Part shown: positions 50,879 to 61,048 of the stretch, one piece after another | Position numbering within the stretch: position 1 is the first letter of the stretch | Layout of the letters: every line of letters begins with the position of its first letter | Source of the DNA: an uncultured Chloroflexia bacterium | Lineage (GTDB): Bacteria > Chloroflexota > Limnocylindria > Limnocylindrales > CSP1-4 | Assembly: GCA_963778815.1 (NCBI GenBank) | Contig: CAVZVS010000002.1 | Span: forward strand, 344,879 to 408,878 | DNA: 64,000 bases | Direction: 5' to 3' | Translations under genes and position numbers: made by a program | The notes under the pieces: model-generated | The model's input: only the letters and a program-made list of their open reading frames with translations | Databases searched by the model: none | What the model was told of the DNA's origin: nothing

Positions 50879-51784
50879 CTATCCGCCGCCGGCCGTATCG
50901 CGCAGCCAGCCGGCGAGGTCGGGTCCGTCGAGGGCGACGGCGGCCCGTGCCCAGCGCTCCTCGGCCCAGCCCGAGAAGTCGTAGTCGATGCTCGAGACCC
51001 TGGCCTGGATGGCGGCCCACAGCGTCCAGCCGACGTCGGACATGATCATCTGGAGGCGCATCCGGGCAAGGCGAGCGGGCGTCGCGGCACCGTAGTACGC
51101 GGTGCACAGTTCGGCGACCTGGGCGTCGTCGAAGCCCAGCTCCTGGCAGGTGTTGCCAAGCTCGAAGGCCGGGTCGCCGTTACCGCTGTACTCGTAGTCG
51201 ACGATCCACAGGCGTGTCCCGTCGTCGAGATAGTTCTCGGCCAGCAGGTCGTTGTGGCAGGGCAGGCTGGCTGGCGGTACCGCGGCCAAGGCGGTCTCGA
51301 TCCTGGGGATCTGGAGTAGGTGCTCGCGATAGCCGGCAGGGATCGGGGCATCGAGACGGTCGACCTCGGTCAGGTAGCGCCGCGACAGCTCGACCATGTC
51401 GAATCCGAGCTTGAAGCGCGGCCCGCCGTGAAGCTGGCGGAGGACCCGGGCGATCCGGGTCGGCATCCCGGGCTCGGCCAGGGTCGCGTTAGACATCGTC
51501 CGGGCCGGCAGCCACTCCAGGACGAGCACCTCCAGGTCGGCCAGGTGATGGACGACCCGCGGCCCGACACCCGCCGCAGCCGCCGCGCGTGTGTTGTGGG
51601 CTTCGTTGGCCCGATCGACCGCCAACAGTTCGGTCGACGGTCCAGGGACGCGCACGAAGTAGGGGGTGCCGTCGACCACGACCCGGATGTTGGGATTGGT
51701 CAGGCCACCGGCGACCGGCGTCACCTCGACGGTCCGGCCGGCCCACTCGGGGATCCTGGCGATGATCTGGTCGATCGTGGGCAC
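50879..51784 (-). CDS. phosphotransferase (APH / choline-ethanolamine kinase family), paralog
   Basis: GTG at 51784. It has LPCHNDLLAENYL and IVDYEYSG. It is a paralog of 43694..44650. Confidence 0.75.
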   Translation of the reverse strand: MPTIDQIIARIPEWAGRTVEVTPVAGGLTNPNIRVVVDGTPYFVRVPGPSTELLAVDRANEAHNTRAAAAAGVGPRVVHHLADLEVLVLEWLPARTMSNATLAEPGMPTRIARVLRQLHGGPRFKLGFDMVELSRRYLTEVDRLDAPIPAGYREHLLQIPRIETALAAVPPASLPCHNDLLAENYLDDGTRLWIVDYEYSGNGDPAFELGNTCQELGFDDAQVAELCTAYYGAATPARLARMRLQMIMSDVGWTLWAAIQARVSSIDYDFSGWAEERWARAAVALDGPDLAGWLRDTAGGG

Positions 51785-51901
51785 GTCGCCTGCTCCTCCT
51801 GCCGGGGAGGGTAGCGCAGCCGGGTCCGGACGATGGACCCGGAGTACGATGCCCAGCCGCGGTCGTCGTATCGCGCGGACTCGATCCGAGAGGCATCCCC
51901 G

Positions 51902-52948
51902 ATGACCCCACCCGAAAGCGGCGCCAGGGCTGGTCCGATCGGTCGGGTGGTGCGGATCGCCGCCGTCATCCTCCTCGGTATCGGCCTGCTGGGCGCCGGT
52001 GTCGTGGTCGGGATCCGTCTCGCTGAGGGACCGTTGGCAGGCGTGGCCAACCCGTCGCCTGCCGGACCGCCACCCGCCGGGCCATCGCCGACAGCGGATG
52101 CGAACGGCACGGCCGGGCCGAGCTCAGCGTCGCCGGCCCCGACCGGTCCGATCGCGGTCCTGGTCGGAGCGGGCGACATCGCCGCCTGCGGCTCGGCCAA
52201 CGACCAGCGCACGGCGAAGCTCATCGAGGCGATCCCGGGAGTCGTGTTCACCGCCGGTGACAACGCCTACGAGAAGGGCACCGCCAGCGAGTTCCGGCGC
52301 TGCTACGGCCCGACCTGGGGCCGCTTCCTGGCTCGGACCCGCCCGGCGATCGGCAACCACGACGGCTACACCGATGGCGGCGCGCCGTACTTCGCCTACT
52401 TCGGTGCCTCGGCCGGGGACGCACCGGATGGCTGGTACTCGTACGAGGCCGGGACCTGGCACGTGATCGTCCTCAACTCGAACTGCGCCTCGATCGGCGG
52501 GTGTGCCGAAGGGTCGCCCGAGCTGACCTGGCTGAAGGCCGACCTGGCCACGCATCCGGCGGCCTGCACCATGGCCATCTGGCATCATCCCCGGTTCTCG
52601 TCCGGAGAGCACGGCAGCGACCGAATTACGGACCCCTTCTGGCAGGTCCTCTACGCGGCTGGGGTCGAGCTCATCGTCAACGGTCACGACCACGACTACG
52701 AGCGCTTCGCGCCGCAGACCCCCGCCGGCCTCGCCGATCCGGCCAAGGGCATCCGCGAGATCGTGGTCGGGACGGGTGGCAAGTCGCTGCGCCTGTTCCG
52801 CTCGACCATGGTGGCCAACTCGCAGGTGGCGGATGCCTACGCCTACGGCGTGCTCCGGCTCGACCTGCGCCCAGGCAGCTATGGGTGGCGGTTCATCCCG
52901 GTGCCCAACGCGCCGTTCACAGACGCCGGCGAGGACGTCTGCCACTGA
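51902..52948 (+). CDS. membrane-anchored calcineurin-like metallophosphoesterase
   Basis: ATG at 51902. The N-terminus has a TM helix IAAVILLGIGLLGAGVVVGI and a Pro-rich linker. It has GDIAACGS, GDNAY, GNHD and GHDHDYER motifs. Confidence 0.75.
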   Translation: MTPPESGARAGPIGRVVRIAAVILLGIGLLGAGVVVGIRLAEGPLAGVANPSPAGPPPAGPSPTADANGTAGPSSASPAPTGPIAVLVGAGDIAACGSANDQRTAKLIEAIPGVVFTAGDNAYEKGTASEFRRCYGPTWGRFLARTRPAIGNHDGYTDGGAPYFAYFGASAGDAPDGWYSYEAGTWHVIVLNSNCASIGGCAEGSPELTWLKADLATHPAACTMAIWHHPRFSSGEHGSDRITDPFWQVLYAAGVELIVNGHDHDYERFAPQTPAGLADPAKGIREIVVGTGGKSLRLFRSTMVANSQVADAYAYGVLRLDLRPGSYGWRFIPVPNAPFTDAGEDVCH

Positions 52949-53061
52949 CCGAGGGCAAGCCGAGCGCTCGGGCCACGGGACGTCGCGGCGGGGGCCTTGC
53001 CGAGCCGGTACGCTAGGTGCGATGGCCTCGTCCGAGGCCGCGTCGGGAGCGTGCCACGGCG

Positions 53062-55509
53062 ATGGACCAGGCTCGGGCGGTGATCATCGGCGGGGGCGTC
53101 GGCGGGACGAGCGTGGCCTACCACCTCGCCGAGCGCGGCTGGACGGATATCGTCCTGGTCGACCGTGCTGAGCTGACCTCCGGCTCGACGTTCCATTCGG
53201 CCGGGCTGGTCGGTCAGCTCCGCTCGAGCGTGACCCTGACCAAGATGATGATGTACGGGGTCGAGCTGTACCGACGGCTGGCCGCCGAGACGGGAGTCGA
53301 CCCGTCCTGGCACGAGGTCGGCTCGCTTCGGTTGGCCTCGACTCCCGCCCGCCTCGAGGAGCTTGCCCGCCAGGCAGGCTGGGCCAAGACCTTCGGGCTA
53401 CCGCTCGAACTGATCTCGGCCAGGGAGGCCCAGACGCTCTTCCCGCTGATGTCGCTCGATGGCGTGCTGGGCGCCGTCCACCTGCCGACCGACGGCTGGC
53501 TCGATCCGTCGGGACTGGCCCTGGCCATGGCCGCCGGAGCCCGCAGGCGAGGCGTCCGGATCGAGACCCACAGCCGGGTCGTCGGGATCGATGTCGAGGG
53601 CGGTCGCGTCCGCGGCGTGCGCGTCCTCAAGGACGGCCAGGAGCGGACGATCGGCGCCGAGGTCGTGGTCAACGCCGGTGGCATGTTCGCGCCTGAGATC
53701 GGTCGAATGGCCGGGGTCGACGTGCCGATCATCCCGATGGCCCACGAGTACCTGTTCACCGAACGGCTCGAGGGGGTGACCCCGACCTTGCCCACGATGC
53801 GCGACCCGGACAACCTGGTCTACTTCCGCGAAGAGGTCGGCGGATTGTGCATGGGCGGCTACGAACGGCATCCGGCGCCATGGTCGCTCGACGGCGTGCC
53901 GGCCGACTTCAACGGCAAGCTGCTGGCGCCCGATTGGCCGCGCTTCGCCGAGATCATGGACGGCGCCGTGCGGCGGGTGCCCTCGATCGGCGACGTCGGC
54001 GTCAACCGGATGATCAACGGGCCCGAGGCATTCACCCCGGACAACGAGTTCATCCTGGGCGAGAGCGCCGTCCGCGGGTTCTTCGTCGCCGCCGGGTTCT
54101 GTGCTCACGGCATCGCCGGTGCCGGCGGGATCGGCCGCCAGCTGGCGAGCTGGATCGTCGACGGCGAGCCGGAGCTGGACCTGTGGAAGATGGACACCCG
54201 CCGGTTCGGGCGCAGTACGGCAGCCAGGCCTACACGTTGGCTCGGACGGTCGAGGTCTACTCGACCTACTACGACATCCACTACCCCAACGAGGAACGCC
54301 TGGCCGGCCGTCCGCTCCGGCTCTCGCCGGCCTACCCCCGCCTGGTCGAGCTCGGTGCCGTCTTCGGCGAGAAGTCCGGATGGGAGCGGCCAAACTGGTT
54401 CGAGTCGAACGCGGCGGCCGGAGACGAGGCCGTCCGACCCCGTGGCTGGGCCGGCGAGCACTGGTCCCCGGCGATCGGCGCGGAGGCCGCGGCGACCCGC
54501 AGCGCGGCCGGTCTGTTCGACGAATCCAGCTTCAGCAAGATCGAGATCGTCGGTCCCGCTGCCTGCGACTTCCTGCAGCGACTGTGCGCCAACGACATCG
54601 ATCGCCCGGTAGGCTCGGTGGTCTACACCCAGATGCTCGACCGCCGGGGCGGGATCGAATGCGACTTCACGGTCACCCGGCTGGCCGCCGATCGGTTCCT
54701 GATCGTGACCGGGACGGCCTTCGGGAATCACGATCTGGGCTGGATCCGAAAGCAGCTTGACGAGCACGCCACTGGCGAGCGGGAGGTCCTGATCGAGGAC
54801 CGGACCAGCGGGCTTGCCTGTCTCGGGTTGTGGGGCCCGCGGGCACGCGACATCCTGGCCGGCTGCACCCGTGATGACGTCTCCGACGCCGGGTTCCCAT
54901 ACCTGACCGCTCGTCGGATCACCGTCGGCAACGTGCCGCTGCTGGCGCTCCGAGTGACCTATGTCGGGGAGCTCGGATGGGAGCTCTACCCACCCGTCGA
55001 ATACGGTCTGGCCCTGTGGGACACCTTGTGGGCCGCCGGTCGCGAGCATGGGCTGACGGCGTGCCGGTACCGGGCCATCGATGCTCTCCGCCTGGAGAAG
55101 GGCTATCGGGTCTGGTCGAGCGACATCACCCCCGACGAGACGCCCTTCGACGCCGGCCTCGGATTCGCGGTCCGACTCGACAAGGAGACCGAGTTCATCG
55201 GTCGCGACGCGCTGGTCGCCTGCCAAGGCGGCCGGTCCGACCAAGCGACTGCGCTGCCTGGTCCTCGACGATCCGCGCTCGATCGCCCTGGGCAATGAAC
55301 CGGTCCGGATCGACGCTGCGGTGGTCGGCCGGGTGACCAGCGGCGGCTACGGCTTCGCCGTCGAGCGTTCCATCGCCTACGCCTACCTGCCGCCCGACCG
55401 GGCCGCCATCGGGACCCGCGGGGAGGTCGAGGTGTTCGGGCATTGGATCGGGTTCGAGGTCGCCGCCGAACCGCTCTACGACCCCAAGGGAGTGAGGATC
55501 AGATCGTGA
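53062..55509 (+). pseudogene. dimethylglycine/sarcosine dehydrogenase-like FAD oxidoreductase-GcvT fusion, paralog 2, with two frameshifts
   Basis: ATG at 53062 (MDQARAVIIGGGVGGTSVAYHLAE). It is collinear with 45593..48028 but split across ORFs 53017..54612, 53847..55298 and 55081..55509. The breaks are at about 54205-54212 and 55218-55225. Confidence 0.75.
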
Positions 55510-56420
55510 CCGAGCAAGGATCGGGAACCAGCGACGAGCCGCCGGCCGAGCCGTCCGTCTGGCGGCCGGGAGAGACGCTCGAAGCGTCGTTCGGTCCGGC
55601 CTGGAGCGGCAGCTGGGCGCGGGCCTCGGCCGAAGAGCTGGACTTCTGGCTGGCCTTCGCCCAGTCGGCCTGCGATGCCGCCGACGAGCTCGCGCTGCGC
55701 CATTTCCGGCGTGACCTGGAAGTGATGACCAAGCCCGACCGTTCCTTCGTGACGGTGGCCGACCAGGCCATCGAGCGGCTGATCCGGGAGCGGATCGCGG
55801 GGGCTTTCCCGGAGCACGGCCTGGTCGGTGAGGAGTACGGGACCGAAGCCGGGTCGGCCCGGATCCGCTGGTACATCGACCCCATCGACGGGACCCACAA
55901 CTTCATCCGCGGGGTGCCCCTGTTCGGGACTCTGCTCGCCCTCGAGATCGACGGCGAGATCCAGCTCGGGGTCGTCTCCGCGCCGGCCCTGCGCGAACGC
56001 TGGTATGCCCGCCGCGGGGGTGGAGCCTGGGCCATCGGTGCCGCCGCCAGCGAAGGTCCCCGGGCGATCCACGTCTCGCGGGTCGGCGCGTTGGCCGACG
56101 CCCAGCTGCTGTACGGGTCGGGCCACGAGATCGAGGCGTCGGGGCGAGCGCCGGGCTTCCGGGCCCTGTGCGCGGAGGTCTGGCGCGAGCGCGGCTTCGG
56201 GGACTTCTGGGGCTACACCCTGTTGGCGGAAGGGGCCGCCGAGGGGATGGTCGAGGTCGGCCTGTCGTCGTGGGATATGGCAGCTCCGCTGATCGTGGTC
56301 GAGGAAGCCGGTGGTCGGGCGACCGACTTCGAGGGACGCCGACGGATCGATTCAGGCACGGTCCTCGCCTCGAACGGCCTCCTCCACGACACCCTGCTCG
56401 AGCGCATCGTCAGCACCTAG
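55506..56420 (+). CDS. inositol monophosphatase family protein (IMPase/HisN-like)
   Basis: GTG at 55506 overlaps the upstream stop (GTGA). It has WYIDPIDGT and a second metal-site motif (WDMAAP). Confidence 0.8.
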   Translation: MTEQGSGTSDEPPAEPSVWRPGETLEASFGPAWSGSWARASAEELDFWLAFAQSACDAADELALRHFRRDLEVMTKPDRSFVTVADQAIERLIRERIAGAFPEHGLVGEEYGTEAGSARIRWYIDPIDGTHNFIRGVPLFGTLLALEIDGEIQLGVVSAPALRERWYARRGGGAWAIGAAASEGPRAIHVSRVGALADAQLLYGSGHEIEASGRAPGFRALCAEVWRERGFGDFWGYTLLAEGAAEGMVEVGLSSWDMAAPLIVVEEAGGRATDFEGRRRIDSGTVLASNGLLHDTLLERIVST

Positions 56421-56429
56421 GAGATCGGC

Positions 56430-57215
56430 ATGCAGGAGTCCAGCCCGGTCGGGATGCCCGAGGGGCAACCGTTCGCCGCGCCGGAAGGCGATCCCCTGGG
56501 AGCGGCCGGGTCCGGAGCATCGGCGACCCCCGGTCCAGCGTTGTCCGACCCGCGCGCACTCCAGATCCTGAGCACCGAGCACTGGAGCCTGCTCGCGTCC
56601 CGCTCGCTGGCCTACAACGAAGCCTTCAGCCGGGCCGGGATGTTCCTGTCGTTCCTGTCGGCGACGCTCATCGTCATCGGCTTCCTGATCGGCTCGCAGG
56701 GGATGACCACGACCGTCCTGCCGGTCACCTTCGTGCTCCTCCTGGCCGACCTGTACGTCGGCAGCGCGACGATCGGTCGGCTGCTCGATGCGAGCTCCGA
56801 GGAGCTGCAGTGCGTCCGCGGGATGAACCGCATCCGACACGCATACCTGGAGATGGTGCCTGGTCTCGAGCCGTACTACATCACCGGCTTCCACGACGAC
56901 GCGCGGGGCGTCCTGGCGACCTACGGCTTCGACGTTCGGCCTGGTCCCCTGGGAAACCTCCTGCACGGTCTCACGACGACGATCGGGATGGTCGGCACGA
57001 TCGACGCGATGATCCTGGGTTCGCTCGGGGCGCTGGTCGCGCTCGGCCTCGGCGGCGGGCTCGAGGCGGCGCTGCTGCTCGGCCTCGTCGGGTTCGCGAT
57101 CGGCTTCGCCAGCCTGGCCGTCGTCGGCACGCGATCGGCCTTGACCCACCAGGCCCGGGTCGAGTCGCGCTTCCCCACGCCCAGCGAACCGGCGGTCAGG
57201 AACCCGCCCGGCTAA
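56430..57215 (+). CDS. hypothetical integral membrane protein
   Basis: ATG at 56430 follows GGAG. It has 4-5 hydrophobic helices and no recognised domain. Confidence 0.5.
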   Translation: MQESSPVGMPEGQPFAAPEGDPLGAAGSGASATPGPALSDPRALQILSTEHWSLLASRSLAYNEAFSRAGMFLSFLSATLIVIGFLIGSQGMTTTVLPVTFVLLLADLYVGSATIGRLLDASSEELQCVRGMNRIRHAYLEMVPGLEPYYITGFHDDARGVLATYGFDVRPGPLGNLLHGLTTTIGMVGTIDAMILGSLGALVALGLGGGLEAALLLGLVGFAIGFASLAVVGTRSALTHQARVESRFPTPSEPAVRNPPG

Positions 57216-57807
57216 GGTCCAGCCGCATGAGCCAGCGCGGCAGGCTCGCGCTGTGGGCATCGGTGACGACGACCCGGTCGAAGCCGGCGGATTCGAACGT
57301 TGAGGCGAACCCGACGAAGCCGAAGGCGGTCGAAACGCGGGTCCCCTCAGGGTCGATCGGATAGCCCTCGATCATGGTGGCGCCCATCGATCGGGCATAG
57401 GCGATGGCCCCGTCGAGCAGGCTGGCCGTCAAGCCCCGCCGGCGCCGGCCCGGTCGGACCACGAAGCAGCCGATCGCCCAGACCGGGGCGTCGTCGATGC
57501 GCGGGATCGTCCGGGAGTTCATCAGTCGGGGCATCGCCTCGCGCGGTCCGAGACCGCACCAGCCGACCGGCTCAGCGTCGAGGTAGGCGATGACGCCGGG
57601 CGCGAACGGTCCGTCGTCGACCATCGAGCGCAGGAGCTGGCGGTTCCGATCGGGCTGGCCTCGACCGAGCGGTGACGTCGATCCGCGCCAGGACTGGCAC
57701 CAGCAACCGCGCTCGGTGCTTCCGCCGAGCAGGGTCACGACATCGTTCCAGCGGTCCCGCGTGGCCGGGGTCACCACGACGCCCGCTCCGCCCGGTTGCG
57801 TCGCCAT
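57196..57807 (-). CDS. GNAT-family N-acetyltransferase (paralog of 35511..36083)
   Basis: ORF 57196..57807(-). It shares the ERGCWCQSW motif and the GNAT core RRRRGLTASLL. Confidence 0.75.
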   Translation of the reverse strand: MATQPGGAGVVVTPATRDRWNDVVTLLGGSTERGCWCQSWRGSTSPLGRGQPDRNRQLLRSMVDDGPFAPGVIAYLDAEPVGWCGLGPREAMPRLMNSRTIPRIDDAPVWAIGCFVVRPGRRRRGLTASLLDGAIAYARSMGATMIEGYPIDPEGTRVSTAFGFVGFASTFESAGFDRVVVTDAHSASLPRWLMRLDLSRAGS

Positions 57808-57812
57808 GCCGT

Positions 57813-59081
57813 TCAGGCTCCGGCGGCGCTCAGGCTGTCGTCGAGGATGCCCAGGGCCAGGTCGACCTCTGCCGGCGTGGTCACCAGCGGCGGGATGATC
57901 CGGGCGACATTGGCGTAGGTCCCTGCCGACAGGACGATGAGGTTGCGGGCGAGGGCCTCGGCCAGGACGCGCTTGGTCAGTTCGGGGTTCGGGACCCGCC
58001 CGTCGCCCTCGCCCGGCTTGATGAACTCGAGGGCGAGCATCAGCCCGAGACCGCGCACGTCGCCGATCGAGTCGTAGCGCTTGGCCAGCTCATCCAGGCC
58101 GGCCAGGAACTGCGTCCCCCGGGCGGCGGCGTTAGCCACCAGGCCCTCGTCCTCGATCACGTCGAGGGTGGCGTTGGCGGCAGCGCAGCTGACCACGTTC
58201 CCGCCGTACGTCCCGCCGTGGGTCCCTGGCGCCCAGCGCTCGATGAGCTCGCGCCGGGCGATGATCCCCGACAGGGGCAGCCCGGACGCGATCCCCTTGG
58301 CCATGGTCAGGATGTCCGGCTGGACGCCCCAGTGCTCCACCGCGAACATCTTGCCCGTCCGACCGAAGCCGGTCTGGACCTCGTCGGCGATGAGCAGGAT
58401 GCCGTGCTCTCGGGTGATCTCGCGCAGACGCGGCAGGAAGCCCGGCGGCGGGACGATATAGCCGCCCTCGCCGAGGACCGGCTCGATGATGATCGCGGCC
58501 ACCTTGTCCGGGTAGATGAACTGGTGGAAGGTCAGGTCGAGCTGGGCCTCCCAGTCGCAGGTACAGGCGTCGGGCGAGTGCCCGCCGCCCGCAGCCCGAT
58601 AGCAGTACGGGTAGGGCGTGTGATAGATCGATCCGGGCAGCGGCTCGAACGCCGCGCGATAGACGTCCTTGGCCGTGGTCAGGGCCATCGTCTGGGCGGT
58701 CCGGCCGTGGTAGCCGCCGCGGAAGGCCAGGATGACCGGGCGACCGGTCGCGACCCGGGCCAGCTTGACTGCAGCCTCGACCGCCTCTGCCCCGCTGTTC
58801 GACAGGAACGCGGCCCAGCCCTCGCCGGGCAGGACGTGCTGGAGACGCTCGTACAGGCGCAGGCCGGGCTCGTGGTAGACGATGTTCTGCTGGCCGTGGA
58901 GGAGCTTGACCGCCTGGGCGGCGACGGCCGCCGCGACCCGCGGATGGGCGTGGCCGGTGTTGGTCACCCCGATCCCCGACGAGTAGTCGAGATAGCGCTG
59001 TCCGTCGGTGGCGATCAGCCAGGAACCCTCGCCGCGCTCGACCGTGATATTGGCGATCCGGCTCCAGACCGGTGGGACCAC
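57813..59081 (-). CDS. class III pyridoxal-phosphate aminotransferase (GabT/omega-aminotransferase-like)
   Basis: GTG at 59081. It has GHAHP, IADEVQTGFGRTG and the Lys motif MAKGIASG. Confidence 0.85.
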   Translation of the reverse strand: MVPPVWSRIANITVERGEGSWLIATDGQRYLDYSSGIGVTNTGHAHPRVAAAVAAQAVKLLHGQQNIVYHEPGLRLYERLQHVLPGEGWAAFLSNSGAEAVEAAVKLARVATGRPVILAFRGGYHGRTAQTMALTTAKDVYRAAFEPLPGSIYHTPYPYCYRAAGGGHSPDACTCDWEAQLDLTFHQFIYPDKVAAIIIEPVLGEGGYIVPPPGFLPRLREITREHGILLIADEVQTGFGRTGKMFAVEHWGVQPDILTMAKGIASGLPLSGIIARRELIERWAPGTHGGTYGGNVVSCAAANATLDVIEDEGLVANAAARGTQFLAGLDELAKRYDSIGDVRGLGLMLALEFIKPGEGDGRVPNPELTKRVLAEALARNLIVLSAGTYANVARIIPPLVTTPAEVDLALGILDDSLSAAGA

Positions 59082-59138
59082 GCTCCGGTCGGGCAGGGGA
59101 GCCTCGGCCGCGTGCGGGCTTCGAGGCCGTGTCCACCA

Positions 59139-60047
59139 TCACATGGCCCCGGCTTTGTAGTCCTGGGCGGCGACCCGTCGTTGCCACAGGGTGGTCAGGA
59201 CCACGAACATGACCGCGACCACGAAGATGATCGTGCCGATCACATTGACCTGGACCGGGATCCCGCGCAGCTGCGAGCCATAGATGTAGAGCGGGAAGGT
59301 CTGGGTCTGACCGGCCGTGAAGCTGGTGATGACGTAATCGTCGATCGACAGGCTGAAGGCCAGCAGGGCGGCGGCCGTGATGCCCGGCAGGATCAATGGG
59401 AAGGTCACCTTCCAGAACGTCACCCACTCATTCGCGCCGAGGTCCATCGCGGCTTCCTCGAGGTGTCTGGGGAATCCGGACAGGCGGGCCTTCACGGTGA
59501 CCACCACGAAGCTGATGTTGAACATGATGTGGGCGATGATGATCGTCGTCAGGCTCAACGGATAGACGACGCCGGCGGGCACGAACGGCAATTTGACCGA
59601 GGCGATGAAGGTTGTCAGGAGCGACGCTCCGAGGACGATCTCCGGGGTCGACATCGGCAGGAAGATGAGCAGGTTGGTGCTGCCCCGCCCGCGGAAGTCA
59701 TAGCGGACCAGGGCCAGCCCGATGAGCGTGCCGAGGGCGGTGGCCACGATCGTCGAGATGAACGCCACGATGAGGCTGTTGCGGACCGCCTCGGGCAAGC
59801 CCGGTCGGCCGAGCGGGTTCATCCAGGCGTCCAGCGAGAAGCCGCGCCATTGCAGGTTCGAGCGACCCGTCGGGTCATTGAAGCTGAAGATGATCATGAC
59901 CACGACCGGCAGGATCAGGTACAGGGTCACGAAGATGGCGTAGGCCGGCAACAGCCAGCGGTCGGACAGCCGATGGATCTTGGTCCCCAGCGAGACCGTC
60001 TCGGCGGAGGTGACGGGCGCTGGCGCGGGCGCAGGGGCAGCGGTCAT
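59139..60047 (-). CDS. ABC transporter permease (PotC-like, polyamine)
   Basis: ATG at 60047 (MTAAPAPAP) overlaps the upstream stop (TGATG). It has the EAA-like motif LEEAAMDLGANEW. The track ORF is over-extended to 60461. Confidence 0.85.
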   Translation of the reverse strand: MTAAPAPAPAPVTSAETVSLGTKIHRLSDRWLLPAYAIFVTLYLILPVVVMIIFSFNDPTGRSNLQWRGFSLDAWMNPLGRPGLPEAVRNSLIVAFISTIVATALGTLIGLALVRYDFRGRGSTNLLIFLPMSTPEIVLGASLLTTFIASVKLPFVPAGVVYPLSLTTIIIAHIMFNISFVVVTVKARLSGFPRHLEEAAMDLGANEWVTFWKVTFPLILPGITAAALLAFSLSIDDYVITSFTAGQTQTFPLYIYGSQLRGIPVQVNVIGTIIFVVAVMFVVLTTLWQRRVAAQDYKAGAM

Positions 60048-61042
60048 CAGACCAGCTCCTCGGTGCCGAGCAGTCGGGTGTAGATCAGGACACCGACGAG
60101 GATCGCGGCCATCAGGATGAACGACAAGGCCGATGCCGTCGGATAGTCGGTCACCCGCAGGTAGCGGGCCTGGATCACGTTGCCGATCATCAGCGACTGC
60201 GGATTGCCCAGCAGTTCGGCATTGATGTAATCGCCGACCGCCGGGATGAACACCAGCAGCGACCCGGCGAAGATGCCGGGCAGGGCCAGCGGCAGGGTCA
60301 CCCGGATGAACGCCTCGCTGATGAGCCAGGTCCCGACCACGAGGCCCAGGATCAGACCGGGGATGCCCATCACGAACGGGCCGTAGTCCATCACGACCCC
60401 GACCACGACGCCCAGGGCCAGACCGAGGATGCCGCCGACGACGGTCCCGCGCGGCCGCCATGGGCCGGCGTACAGGTCCTCCGCCGCCTCGAGCAGGCGC
60501 CGGTCGATCTTCTCCAGGGCGACGTACAGGGGCAAGGTCATGAACGGCAGGAAGTTGTAGGTGATCCCGGCGATGACCGCGGCCGGCGTTCCCAGCAACT
60601 GGAAGTCGGCGGGCACGATGCCCAGGGTCTTGAGCGGCCCCAGAACGATGCCGTCATCGGACAGGATGATCTTCCAGGAGATGGTCCGCAGGAGGAAGCT
60701 GGTGAAGAACGGGGCGATGACCATGAACAGCAGGATGTTCTTGTAGGGACCGCCCCTGAAGGCGATGGCATACGCCAGCGGGAACCCCAGGGCGAAGGCC
60801 AGGATGGTCGCCAACCCGCCGTAGACGATCGAGCGCGCCATCCACGGCCAATACTCGGTCAGCGCCTGGGGATAGATCCCCCAGTTCCAGGTCTGGGTGA
60901 AGCCCTGCTCGAGGTTGCCCGTCCAGAGCGACACCAGGAACATCTGGATGGCCGGGTAGACGAAGAAGATGGCCAGCCACAGGAGGCCCGGCGCCAGCAG
61001 CGCGTACGGGGCGATGGATCGGAAGTTGATCGCCTTGCGCAT
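60047..61042 (-). CDS. ABC transporter permease (PotB-like, polyamine)
   Basis: ORF 60047..61042(-). It has 6 TM helices and the motif LLEAAEDLYAGPW. Confidence 0.85.
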   Translation of the reverse strand: MRKAINFRSIAPYALLAPGLLWLAIFFVYPAIQMFLVSLWTGNLEQGFTQTWNWGIYPQALTEYWPWMARSIVYGGLATILAFALGFPLAYAIAFRGGPYKNILLFMVIAPFFTSFLLRTISWKIILSDDGIVLGPLKTLGIVPADFQLLGTPAAVIAGITYNFLPFMTLPLYVALEKIDRRLLEAAEDLYAGPWRPRGTVVGGILGLALGVVVGVVMDYGPFVMGIPGLILGLVVGTWLISEAFIRVTLPLALPGIFAGSLLVFIPAVGDYINAELLGNPQSLMIGNVIQARYLRVTDYPTASALSFILMAAILVGVLIYTRLLGTEELV

Positions 61043-61048
61043 CGCGCG

